Source: Campylobacterota bacterium
Lineage (GTDB): Bacteria > Campylobacterota > Campylobacteria > Campylobacterales > Sulfurimonadaceae
Length of the DNA stretch: 64,000 bases
Assembly (NCBI GenBank): GCA_034661055.1
Contig: JAYEKO010000015.1
Coordinates: 36,950-100,949, forward strand
Reading direction: 5' to 3'
The position numbers and the translations under genes are program-made. Below the pieces are notes generated by a model, which was not told the DNA's origin, did no database searches, and saw nothing but the letters and a program-made list of their open reading frames with translations. Below, piece after piece: positions 52,238 through 61,624 of this stretch (within the stretch, counting starts at the first letter, position 1; each line of letters starts with the position of its first letter).

Positions 52238-52634
52238 AAAGACGCAGAGAAAATCCTACTCCTAGCATCACTAATATTACTACACTTAAAAGTTTAATCC
52301 ATGTAAAAAAAGCACTCTTAAACACAACAATAAACAGTGGTGCCATTAGACTAGAGAGCGCCGCTACAAACATAGTTATAAACCACCATCTTGCTTTATA
52401 TCTTAGTGATGTAAATAGAAAAAAATGCCCTAGCACCATAATGAATATTCCCATACCACCTAAATGAGGATATGAAAGTTCCAATAACCCGTCATAGCTT
52501 TTAACACGGTAATACTCTAGTGTTCCCTCAAGACTAACACCTGTTTTAAGGTAAAACATGACCAAGCCTGTCATAAGCAACAGTACTGAAAAAAGTGCAA
52601 AATAGCTAATTCCTACTTTATATAATCTATACAT
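52218..52634 (-). CDS. small multi-pass membrane protein
   Basis: Four hydrophobic segments; LLELSYPHL...LGHF. Confidence 0.7.
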   Translation of the reverse strand: MYRLYKVGISYFALFSVLLLMTGLVMFYLKTGVSLEGTLEYYRVKSYDGLLELSYPHLGGMGIFIMVLGHFFLFTSLRYKARWWFITMFVAALSSLMAPLFIVVFKSAFFTWIKLLSVVILVMLGVGFSLRLFKESVL

Positions 52635-53104
52635 TACCTAAAGAGCCTATAGAGTGATTCCAAACTCATCATAAGTGCTAAAACATGCCAGAAGCATACT
52701 GCCAGCAACCAAAAAGGAGTTATAATAGCACTACTTTTAAATGCAATCAGCAGTAATACAACAGAAGCAAAAGCAGAGATATTAACACTATGTATAATCC
52801 AGTATGTTTTTTTTGATTTAGATGCCAATCTCCCATAGATGGCACAAAGAACAAGCAGTGTCATCATCATAAAAAAGATATCTGCGTGAATAATCTCTAA
52901 AAGTGCTTCTAGTGAAATGGGGTCTAAAAACTCCTCTTCATTACCATAAAGTGTGGTATTAACACTATTTACATGTAAACCTATCTGGGACTCTTTTTGA
53001 AAAAGATCGCTTACTAAAAACAGCAGTAAAAAAAAGATAACACCCGTAAGCAGTGGACGCATTAGAGTATCTTTAGCGAGATCTTTTACTAAGGTGAATT
53101 TCAC
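52634..53104 (-). CDS. small multi-pass membrane protein
   Basis: Four hydrophobic segments; LLEIIHADIF. Confidence 0.7.
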   Translation of the reverse strand: MKFTLVKDLAKDTLMRPLLTGVIFFLLLFLVSDLFQKESQIGLHVNSVNTTLYGNEEEFLDPISLEALLEIIHADIFFMMMTLLVLCAIYGRLASKSKKTYWIIHSVNISAFASVVLLLIAFKSSAIITPFWLLAVCFWHVLALMMSLESLYRLFR

Positions 53105-53610
53105 TTTTTAATCACCTCATTGAAAATGGCTAATGCTAATCTTGCCCCTTCACTAATAGTACGTGCACTCATTGTAGCGCCACTAATAGCAGTAACACCA
53201 TCACCTAGACGAAGTGTTGCGGTATCATTAATATCACTAAACTGTTTCATCCAATCATCTGTTGGTAGATACTCCATTGGCTCTTTAAAAGAGACCATTT
53301 CAGCAGCTTTTAACACTCCATTGGGGGTGACAATATAGAGGACAACCGCCTTTTTGGTACGTACGGTTTTATTCAGTAAAATACCGACTCCTTTTACGCC
53401 ATCTTTTTTTGCTGTGTACACCCGTACAATTTTACTATCAAGCTTTACTTTAGCTATATTCTCTACAATTTTAGCTTCAGATGATTTAAGTAATATACTT
53501 TTTTTACTCACTTGTACTTCACTGCCTAGAACCTCTTTTAGCGCATCTTGTGGTGTAATCAATACAGATGCAAAAAGTGGCAGACTAAAGAGGATCGTAA
53601 TCATCCATCT
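53101..53610 (-). CDS. secreted FMN-binding domain protein (flavinylation substrate)
   Basis: Signal peptide from MRWMIT; FKEPMEY, W..QF, AISGATMS flavinylation motif. Confidence 0.85.
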   Translation of the reverse strand, partial: RWMITILFSLPLFASVLITPQDALKEVLGSEVQVSKKSILLKSSEAKIVENIAKVKLDSKIVRVYTAKKDGVKGVGILLNKTVRTKKAVVLYIVTPNGVLKAAEMVSFKEPMEYLPTDDWMKQFSDINDTATLRLGDGVTAISGATMSARTISEGARLALAIFNEVIKK

Positions 53611-53932
53611 CATAGATATTCTCCTCATAATTTGGTGGTACTTTTACAAGGATGTACTCCTTGTGACTCTTGTTGGCAACTTGAAGCCAACCCATCTCTC
53701 TAAAAAAGTTTACATGTCGTGCTACCGTGGGATAACTTGCCGATTTTCGGTACTCACTACTTAATATTAGCACGAGTTTGTCAATGGTCGTGGGACAACT
53801 CTGTTTGTAGAGTATCTTGAGCACCTGTTCACGCTGATCTGAATAGCGCAAATCATGCTCTTTTAAATGTTTATAAAGCGATTCTCTAAAAACAGAGAGG
53901 CTTTTTCGTTGTTTTGGACTGATATATATCAT
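53585..53932 (-). CDS. Fur-family DNA-binding domain protein lacking the C-terminal metal-binding domain
   Basis: LKEHDLRYSDQREQVLKIL, SYPTVARHVNFFREMGWL match the Fur winged helix; no HHDH or CxxC. Confidence 0.7.
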   Translation of the reverse strand: MIYISPKQRKSLSVFRESLYKHLKEHDLRYSDQREQVLKILYKQSCPTTIDKLVLILSSEYRKSASYPTVARHVNFFREMGWLQVANKSHKEYILVKVPPNYEENIYEMDDYDPL

Positions 53933-53933
53933 T

Positions 53934-55133
53934 TTACTCTTCTATAAGATACTCATAGCGTTTATCTGTCAACATATTTAAAAAGGATTCAAGTCCAGCA
54001 ATCTTTGAATCAGAGAGTGCTTTTGTTGCCTCTAAATCTTTATGATTAATAGTTGCACTGTTGTCATTTTCTCCCCAAGCTTCGCCAGTTTCAGGATTAA
54101 TTGCATGATTTCCTTGTCCTGCCATGTGATCATAAAACTCTAAGACAGTTGTTAAATCTTTAAAGACTCCATTATTCATATACGGACCTGTCACTGCAAT
54201 ATTTCGAAGCGTCGGTACTTTAGTTTTTCCAAGATGTGCTCTCCAGTTTTCATCGCTCTCTTTAACCGTGCCGCCAAGTCCTGCAAAAGTTGCATTAGCA
54301 TCTTGAAGACCAAGTGTAGCTCTGGCATTCATAGCTTCAATATTTCTTGGTGTTCCAATATTTTCATATTCATAATTTGTAAAGAGCTCATTTGGGCTCT
54401 CTGATTTAGAGTTAAGGGTATGACATGTGGCACAGTTTGTATTTGCCTGAGAAAAGAAGAGTGAATACCCTAAATCTTCTTTAGCCGTCATCGTGTACTC
54501 ACCTCGTTTAAAGCGGTCATATTTACTATCAAATGGTGCAAACTCTTCTGTCTTTTCAAACTTGGCAATCGAATCTGCCATAGCATCATACGAAGCATCA
54601 ATATCATCAAAAATACCATCACCGTAAAGTGTCTTAAAATCCTCAACATATTGAGGATTCTCTTTAAGGCGTTCCACTACACTATATTTCTCTGGCATCA
54701 TCATCTCAGCACCATCAAGTGGCGGTCCCATAGCTTGGATTTTTAGCGTTGCTGCACGTCCATCATGGAACTGCCCACCACTATAGTTGCCATCTGACAT
54801 CTGATTAAACTCAGGACTAAACTGTGCATAAGCTGCTGTTGGAGCATTGCGCCCACCCAATGAGAGATCATCATCGCCAACCGAAAAAGCACCATGAACA
54901 AAGACATTCTGATTGACCCCTTCTTCGCTAAATCTAACATCTACAAAACCATGCTCTGGATTATGACAGGTTGAACATGATGTTTTTCTATCTAATGATA
55001 TGCTAGTATCAAAGAAGAGTTTTTCCCCCAATTTCTGCTTTGTTATTGGCTCCAAAGGAGCAACTACATCACTACTGCCACAGCCAGTGAGTAGCACGAT
55101 GGTCAATATACTTAATGTTGTTACTTTTTTCAT
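53934..55133 (-). CDS. di-heme cytochrome c peroxidase/MauG-family lipoprotein
   Basis: Lipobox LTGC; LGEKLFFD, CSTCH, RNAPT, QFHDGRA, CATCH, KVPTLRNIAVTGPYM. Confidence 0.9.
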   Translation of the reverse strand: MKKVTTLSILTIVLLTGCGSSDVVAPLEPITKQKLGEKLFFDTSISLDRKTSCSTCHNPEHGFVDVRFSEEGVNQNVFVHGAFSVGDDDLSLGGRNAPTAAYAQFSPEFNQMSDGNYSGGQFHDGRAATLKIQAMGPPLDGAEMMMPEKYSVVERLKENPQYVEDFKTLYGDGIFDDIDASYDAMADSIAKFEKTEEFAPFDSKYDRFKRGEYTMTAKEDLGYSLFFSQANTNCATCHTLNSKSESPNELFTNYEYENIGTPRNIEAMNARATLGLQDANATFAGLGGTVKESDENWRAHLGKTKVPTLRNIAVTGPYMNNGVFKDLTTVLEFYDHMAGQGNHAINPETGEAWGENDNSATINHKDLEATKALSDSKIAGLESFLNMLTDKRYEYLIEE

Positions 55134-55157
55134 CTTTTCCTCTTAAAAATATTTAAA

Positions 55158-56486
55158 TTAAAAAATAAAACCGGCTTGAACGGTAAAGCAGTTTTCATCT
55201 GCTAGGTTGGCACCACTCGCATAATCTTTTGTTGAATAGTCTGCTTTAACAACCACTTTTGGATCAGGAAAGTAGGCAACGCCTATACTATATTCATAAA
55301 AACGGTGATTATCTGAATTTTCTGTTGTTGAAGAAGCGTCCATATCTAAGCGTTCAAAGTCTAAAACACCATAAACCTTATGTGATGAACCCATCGCGTG
55401 CAGTACATCATAACCAATCGTAATGTACTGTCCATTTACCTCATCTGGAACTGCGCCTAGTTCAGCAACATCATCTCCTAGTGAACCAAATGCAGCCATC
55501 GCTTTAATGTCAAAACCGTTATTACGATATGTTGCATGAATTTCTGCCATTGTGATACTAATATCTGCAGCCGTGGTATTGCCAGTTGATGCGCCTGGAC
55601 GATCTTCTGCTAAGACACTAGAATCTCCATATAAAAATGAGCCTCCAATATCAAGTCCTCCACCAAAAGCGTATTGACCCCGAAACACTAGTGAAAAATC
55701 ATCAGTAAATTGACGCGCTCCTAAACGTCCTTGCTGAATAAAACGTCCTGCTACAAAATCACCAGCATCAGGTGAAGTCACCACACCTCCATAATATTCA
55801 AATGCATCGATTTTACCGTGCATTAGCGCACCATTAGTATGCCATGTTGATGGAATAATAAAAGTTTCAACCACTGGGCGCTCTGTAGTTAGATAAGCTA
55901 CAGGTTCATGATTTAAGTTTGTTAGACCCATCGGTACTAAAATATGTCCGACACGCAGTGCATATTCTGGCTCAAACATAAAGTCCAAATAACTAAATTC
56001 TACGATTGCATATTTGTAGTTATTGGTAGCATCAGAGCGTGCTCCTCCATTTTCAAATTCGATTTCTGTATTCATAACAATCCAGTCGTTGAATTTAAAG
56101 CCGATATATGGAACAAAACGAACAATATTAAACTCGCTCTTATTGCGAGTCTCATTAGCAGTATCACTCTTATAGTTTTTAAAGTCACTGTACTTTTTAA
56201 ACTTATATTCACCATAACCGCCAATAGAAACAGTGTTTTTAGCGTGATAAACTTTTGAAGCAGCCTGCCCCATTGAACTAACGCTTTCATAACTGTCAAC
56301 TGGTGCAAAAATTGACTCTTGCAGTGAACTCACCTCATTTAAAAGTGCTTCACTCTGCTCTTCATTAGCAGACTTCATACTTGCAACCTCTGCTTTTAAT
56401 GAATTTATTTGAGCTTCTAGCTCTTCATTGGTTGCCGAAAGTGCCAATGAAGCAGCACAACTAAGCAGTATTACAATTTTTTTCAT
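55158..56486 (-). CDS. outer-membrane porin-like beta-barrel with N-terminal coiled coil
   Basis: IGGYGE, RFVPYIG, EIEFE, PMGLTNLNHEP, IIPSTW; C-terminal GFIF. Confidence 0.8.
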   Translation of the reverse strand: MKKIVILLSCAASLALSATNEELEAQINSLKAEVASMKSANEEQSEALLNEVSSLQESIFAPVDSYESVSSMGQAASKVYHAKNTVSIGGYGEYKFKKYSDFKNYKSDTANETRNKSEFNIVRFVPYIGFKFNDWIVMNTEIEFENGGARSDATNNYKYAIVEFSYLDFMFEPEYALRVGHILVPMGLTNLNHEPVAYLTTERPVVETFIIPSTWHTNGALMHGKIDAFEYYGGVVTSPDAGDFVAGRFIQQGRLGARQFTDDFSLVFRGQYAFGGGLDIGGSFLYGDSSVLAEDRPGASTGNTTAADISITMAEIHATYRNNGFDIKAMAAFGSLGDDVAELGAVPDEVNGQYITIGYDVLHAMGSSHKVYGVLDFERLDMDASSTTENSDNHRFYEYSIGVAYFPDPKVVVKADYSTKDYASGANLADENCFTVQAGFIF

Positions 56487-57364
56487 ACAATTACTTCCTT
56501 TTTAAATGGTTCAATTATTAATGCAATAATTGAGTGATGATTTGTCGGTTCATTGACTCCAAATTCAAGTGCTTGAACCTGATTTACATATAGAGTCTTA
56601 AACATTCTGTCCCAGATAGCTAAAGCTCCCCCAAAATTTGTGTGTACTGTTTTTTTTGCATGATGAAGCTGATGCATATAGGGAGATATAAACCACTTTT
56701 CAAGTCTGTATCCAAAGCGAATTGGTACATGAGAGTGTCTCAAGTTCGAACCTGCAAGCGCAAAAACAAAAACAAAAATATTGACACCTATAATCTCAAT
56801 AAGACCAATTCGTGCACCAAAAAAATAGATAAATATTCCCGTAATGACACCAGCACTTAAAGCGTATCGTAACCCAAATAGAAAGTTCTCTACTGGATGT
56901 ATACGATAAAATGTCAAAGGATTTAAAACCTCTGCACTGTGATGTACCCTATGAAATCTCCAAAGCAATGGAATTGAGTGCATAAGACGATGGAGCCAAT
57001 AACGAGTAAAGTCACTAACAAGAAATAGTGTCAATGAAAATGTAAACAAAATCATCTCTCTGCTCCAATCTAAAGCACTCACGTAACCAAAAAGTTGCTG
57101 CATTAAAATTACTGTAAACACAGAAACCTCTTTAGAGCTTAATAGAAGAGGAATAATCACTACAACTTTTATAACCGACACTACTATAAAGTAGCCATAA
57201 TCAATTTTTGCGGATTGATGCCACCAGATATCACGCGAAAAGAGATTTAGTCCTTTATGAAAATACATGTAAATCAGAGCGATGCTTAAAGACGAGAGAA
57301 GATAGAGCCAAAAAACTCTCTGATGTGTATTAAAAAAGTACTCAATCCCTAGCAGTTCAGTCAT
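56483..57364 (-). CDS. sterol desaturase/fatty-acid hydroxylase family membrane protein
   Basis: His boxes HRLMH, HRVHH, HP, HSH, HQLHH; NFGG.L.IWDR. Confidence 0.88.
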   Translation of the reverse strand: MTELLGIEYFFNTHQRVFWLYLLSSLSIALIYMYFHKGLNLFSRDIWWHQSAKIDYGYFIVVSVIKVVVIIPLLLSSKEVSVFTVILMQQLFGYVSALDWSREMILFTFSLTLFLVSDFTRYWLHRLMHSIPLLWRFHRVHHSAEVLNPLTFYRIHPVENFLFGLRYALSAGVITGIFIYFFGARIGLIEIIGVNIFVFVFALAGSNLRHSHVPIRFGYRLEKWFISPYMHQLHHAKKTVHTNFGGALAIWDRMFKTLYVNQVQALEFGVNEPTNHHSIIALIIEPFKKEVIV

Positions 57365-57365
57365 A

Positions 57366-58427
57366 TTAATCCCCATCAGCCTCAATAATATCTTGCTGAA
57401 AATTTAATGCTGAAATAAGAGAAGAGTAAGAGTTTTGCAATGCATTAACAGTCGCATAAAGTGTTTTTGTCTCATCTGTTACAGGGTTAGACTCTAATAA
57501 TCCACTCATATTATTGATCTGATTAATTGCATCTTTAATTAAGTCAATAATGGCTTTAGCTTCATTGGCTGCCGCATTTTGAGATGCAATAGACTCAAGC
57601 CCCTCTTGCATCATCTCTAGTTGAGCAGAGAGTATCTCTACAATAGATGCCCTAGTGTTAAAGCTTTTATAGTACTCATAGCGTGAAGCATCTGGTTTAT
57701 CTTTATAGTTTTGCGTATATCCTGCGGCATCTCCAATTCGCCACTCTTTTAGCTTATAAGTACTATCTATGAGTTGATTAATCATAATGCCTACCGACTC
57801 TTCGCTACTATTGACAAATGCTGATGAGCTTTTATAGAATTCTGCAATAACATCACTTTTTTCTATAAGATACTCTATCATTACCATTGCAGCATCAGCT
57901 CGACGCTGTGTCATATTGACATCCAACCCTTCCTGATTTCCAAAAAGCGTATATTCAAGAGCTGTAGTGCTTCGTGTAGAGCTCTGAAATAGAAGATCTT
58001 GCAGAGCAAACTTAGAGGCATAGATATTATCTAGCTTAGATGTTAAAGAGCCCTTCCCAATATTAAAATAGTCGATCTGGGAGGGGTGGTCAATCATTGT
58101 GTCATTATATTTTTTTGCTACATAGAGTGCTTCAACGCGCTTCCATGTATTAAAAAAAAGTGTTGCTTGCTGCTGTGCTGCCTGTAGGTTAGCACTACTC
58201 TGCTCTTGAGAGAGTTCAGCAATTGCATTTTTAGCAACATCGGCACGTTGCACCTGAAGTACTGAGTTTTTAATTAAAACATTATTATTAATTTGCTTTA
58301 AAAAGGTAGCAGTTTCACCGCCAGCACTTGCACTGCCAATAAGTCCCGTCTCTCCATCATACGCATTATCGCTACCGCAACCTAAAACCAGTAATGCCAT
58401 AGCAATAGATAAAAAAAATCTTTTCAC
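57366..58427 (-). CDS. imelysin-family lipoprotein
   Basis: Lipobox VLGC; ALEYTLF; C-terminal ADGD. Confidence 0.8.
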   Translation of the reverse strand: MKRFFLSIAMALLVLGCGSDNAYDGETGLIGSASAGGETATFLKQINNNVLIKNSVLQVQRADVAKNAIAELSQEQSSANLQAAQQQATLFFNTWKRVEALYVAKKYNDTMIDHPSQIDYFNIGKGSLTSKLDNIYASKFALQDLLFQSSTRSTTALEYTLFGNQEGLDVNMTQRRADAAMVMIEYLIEKSDVIAEFYKSSSAFVNSSEESVGIMINQLIDSTYKLKEWRIGDAAGYTQNYKDKPDASRYEYYKSFNTRASIVEILSAQLEMMQEGLESIASQNAAANEAKAIIDLIKDAINQINNMSGLLESNPVTDETKTLYATVNALQNSYSSLISALNFQQDIIEADGD

Positions 58428-59848
58428 TATATTGTTCCTAAATATTCAATTAACAGCTCTCTTTGGGCTTTTGGAAGTTCTTTAAAAGCCTCCTTGGAGT
58501 TCTGTGCTTCTCCGCCATGCCACAAAATTGCTTCTTCTATACTTCTTGCTCTTCCATCATGCAGATAGTTTGCTTCTCCGCTCACTTTTTTGTAGAGCCC
58601 TATGCCCCAAAGCGGAGGTGTTCTCCACTCATTAGGGGTTGCTAAAAAGTTTGAATGTCCATCTGAAAGTTCATCTCCCATATCATGTAGTAAAAAGTCA
58701 GAATAAGGTCGTATTTCAACACCTTCAGATGTTACGAAACTTGGCGTATGACACTGGCTACAAGACAATTGAGTAAAAAGTTTTTTTGCCTCTTTGCTAT
58801 TTTTAAACTTTCTTGGAAAGGGCGCTTTTAAATGTGTTAAATAGTAGTTAATCGCATCGAGTCTACTATCTGGCATATCAAAGTCGTGATACCCTTTGCT
58901 CGCCGCATTACACTCTTTTTGAATTGACGTACAGTTCTCTTTGGGAAAAATAGAAGTCGTTAATCCCATATCATTACTAGCTGCATTAGCAGACTGAAAC
59001 CTAACTGACGGAGAACCTGCCTTCCAAGTAAACAGACCAAGCTGCTTATTGCCATTATCTGGTTCATAAATCCAGTTGGCTTTTCCAGATATGCCATCGC
59101 CGTCACTGTCATTAATATCTTCATTTACCAATATATCTCTATGTGGAATCTGTTCAATTAGGCCTAGTCCTACTAATGCCAATGCTATATGTGGCGCAAC
59201 TACAGCATCTTTATGAAGTGGCCCATAATTTAAAGAGTCAATTGAGTACTCTGGTACCCGAAGTGAGTAAGATGATCCGTCGTGATACTTACCCATTTCT
59301 TCTACATACTTAACTACTGGAGTTCCCTCAAAAGGTACTTCATGGTTTCCATTGACACTTAACTGCCCACCGTAAGTTGGCTCAGGAGAAAATGGCATTT
59401 TCATTTTCAAGACATTATTAAGATTTTGAGGAATTGAAAGTCTAAAAACGAGATCTCTCTTAACCTTTAAATTACTATCTACTGCTACGCCTGCTCCATT
59501 ATTTGGATGACAATTTCTACAGGTATTGGCACTAAATAGTGGTCCCAATCCATCTCGAGCTGTTGTAGCAGAGGGTGCTTCAATCCATGGAATTCTAAAA
59601 AAGCTTTTACCACGAATAAACTCATCAACCTCTTCATTACTCATACCATCGTAAGGGTGAGAAAATACCATTTTAGAATTACATGTAGTTAAATATTTAG
59701 CCGTTAATTTTCGATTTTTTGAGACCTCTTTATGTGCTGTAGTGGCAGAAGTGTTTTCAACGTTTTCTAGAGTAGTTTTCTGTGATGAACTACATCCCAC
59801 AAGCATAAAGCTTGCAAGTGCAATATTAGCAAGACTCTTAATCTGCAT
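58427..59848 (-). CDS. di-heme oxidoreductase (DHOR-family) lipoprotein
   Basis: DGLGPLF, CRNCH, YGGQL, DGDGISG, CSQCH, YSDFLLHDMG, WRTPPLWG, YLHDGRARS.EEAILWHGGE. Confidence 0.88.
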   Translation of the reverse strand: MQIKSLANIALASFMLVGCSSSQKTTLENVENTSATTAHKEVSKNRKLTAKYLTTCNSKMVFSHPYDGMSNEEVDEFIRGKSFFRIPWIEAPSATTARDGLGPLFSANTCRNCHPNNGAGVAVDSNLKVKRDLVFRLSIPQNLNNVLKMKMPFSPEPTYGGQLSVNGNHEVPFEGTPVVKYVEEMGKYHDGSSYSLRVPEYSIDSLNYGPLHKDAVVAPHIALALVGLGLIEQIPHRDILVNEDINDSDGDGISGKANWIYEPDNGNKQLGLFTWKAGSPSVRFQSANAASNDMGLTTSIFPKENCTSIQKECNAASKGYHDFDMPDSRLDAINYYLTHLKAPFPRKFKNSKEAKKLFTQLSCSQCHTPSFVTSEGVEIRPYSDFLLHDMGDELSDGHSNFLATPNEWRTPPLWGIGLYKKVSGEANYLHDGRARSIEEAILWHGGEAQNSKEAFKELPKAQRELLIEYLGTI

Positions 59849-61610
59849 AACCCGGAGTCTCTTCGTTGTCAGTAACATTACTTGTAATAAAATTTATTCC
59901 AAAATCCCTAGCAATATTGACAACTAAGTCACCTAATGTACGCATCTGGTTTTTAGCAGTGATAATATTTTGTTTCATATCTGCATTATCATCACGAACT
60001 TGCCAATCAAAGTGCGTTTTATTATTTGAAGCGTGCGTTCCCTCAGCAGTATCACTAATGCTTTGAGTTCTAGCTAAAATATCCATTACTACAGGCATTA
60101 CTTTTGATTTAGTCTCATTAGAAATAAGCTCACCCATAGTTTTACCACCTAGTGAATTACCAGTTGGATACTCATTTTTCATAACATTTGCAAAACCTCT
60201 AAAGTTTAAGTAAATGTCGCGGTGTGTCTGATCAGAAAAACATGAATGCTCATCCTCCTCAGATGGGTCAAGTACCGCAATAGCAATACGCTCATTTGCT
60301 AACTCTGATTTGGCAAATGTTCCCATTCCAGAAAATACGTTTGAAAGAGCAGTGTCTGTTGCTAGATTATCTGTAGCATCCACACCTGTAAGTTCACCTA
60401 AAAATGCTGCACGGTAACGACCTGTGTTACCATTAACACCATCTTTCCATGCTGATGCCACTGTCTTAAGGTCTGCAAGCATCTTATTGGTAGCAGCAAC
60501 TAAGTAATCTTTACGACGATCAGCATTATCAGAAGTTGTATAGTCCGTAAATGGACGATTTCCTGCAACCGCTGGACCGTGTGTTACATCATCAACTATC
60601 ATACCGTTATCGTAATCTTGATCTTGTCCCCACAACAAGAACTCAATAGCATGATAACCTGTAGCAACGTTAGCATCACCACCATTCTCATTGAGTGCAG
60701 TTAGCACATCTGCGGTAATATTTGTGACATCAACAGCTTCACCGCCACTTGGAGTAAACATACCAGTGGTATTAATAATATTTTTACCTTGAGTCTTTTC
60801 ATTATGCTCAGCATCAGTAACATAATCAATCATACCCTCATCAAGTGGCCAAGCATTAATTTGGCCCTCTAATGCACCGTAAGCATCTTCCTGCCAGTCG
60901 CCTTCTGCATCAATTGGTCCATTGCTTAGACGAAAAATTTCACTCATAGAGTACTTTTCACGAGAAGTTTTCCATGCCTCTTTTGCTGCATCTAGAGTTA
61001 TTTGTGTCGGAGCAGCCACAAAGGCATCAACTGCTGTTTTTAGTCCTTGTGCGCCAGCAACTGCATCTTCATAAGAGAGCTGTGCCACCTCTGCATAGCC
61101 ACGTAAAAAATTCACTTTATCTTCAACAGTAACGCCTGAATCTGAAATGCTGCCTAGATATATAGTATTCTCTATCATTGTATAGTCAACATCAATCTTA
61201 GCAGAGTAATCAAATGTACCATTAGATTTCTCGCCTTTTAGCTTGTATGCCGCTTTGTTATCCATATCTGTTGATAGTAACATCCAGTCAAATTTTTTTG
61301 AACCATCACCATCTACATCACTTCCTAATGAGAACATATACCATGCAGGTGTTGGAGCGGTGATGGAGACCTCTTTCCAACCAAAAACATCATTTTTACT
61401 AGGTGCTTTTCCTTGAAGCTGGTATGATTGACCGTTAGAAGCTGTAAATGCCCAATCAAAGGCAGACTCTTTTCCTTCAAAATCATGCGTCCCGAAAGTA
61501 CCCGCAAGAGAATAAGACTTATTATCAACCTCACTCTTAATATCAACAGCGGCATTGGCAGCTGTAAACCCTGTAGCTATCAAAGCTACTGACAATATAA
61601 TTTTCTTCAT
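59838..61610 (-). CDS. imelysin/IrpA-like iron-regulated protein with extra N-terminal domain
   Basis: INAWPLDE, ATGYHAIEFLLWGQD, EDEHSCFSDQTH; start MKKIILS at 61610 after AAGGA. Confidence 0.88.
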   Translation of the reverse strand: MKKIILSVALIATGFTAANAAVDIKSEVDNKSYSLAGTFGTHDFEGKESAFDWAFTASNGQSYQLQGKAPSKNDVFGWKEVSITAPTPAWYMFSLGSDVDGDGSKKFDWMLLSTDMDNKAAYKLKGEKSNGTFDYSAKIDVDYTMIENTIYLGSISDSGVTVEDKVNFLRGYAEVAQLSYEDAVAGAQGLKTAVDAFVAAPTQITLDAAKEAWKTSREKYSMSEIFRLSNGPIDAEGDWQEDAYGALEGQINAWPLDEGMIDYVTDAEHNEKTQGKNIINTTGMFTPSGGEAVDVTNITADVLTALNENGGDANVATGYHAIEFLLWGQDQDYDNGMIVDDVTHGPAVAGNRPFTDYTTSDNADRRKDYLVAATNKMLADLKTVASAWKDGVNGNTGRYRAAFLGELTGVDATDNLATDTALSNVFSGMGTFAKSELANERIAIAVLDPSEEDEHSCFSDQTHRDIYLNFRGFANVMKNEYPTGNSLGGKTMGELISNETKSKVMPVVMDILARTQSISDTAEGTHASNNKTHFDWQVRDDNADMKQNIITAKNQMRTLGDLVVNIARDFGINFITSNVTDNEETPGYAD

Positions 61611-61624
61611 GTATATCCTTATTA

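Larger units (their letters stand above)
210..59687. repeat. dispersed palindrome TTACATGTAA (core TACATGTA)
   Basis: Perfect 10-mers start at 210, 842, 9314, 11818, 13343, 22473, 22488, 29788, 30483, 31170, 37630, 38512, 49991, 52969; 9/10 matches have cores at 12007, 12981, 14029, 16834, 26002, 36067, 57264, 59680 (hand count). Confidence 0.85.

Noticed and set aside
210..59687. TTACATGTAA copies as a CRISPR array, REP element or IS ends
   Set aside because: Copies are 8-20 bp, irregularly spaced, mostly inside intact genes, with no spacers, conserved flanks, target duplications, cas or transposase genes.
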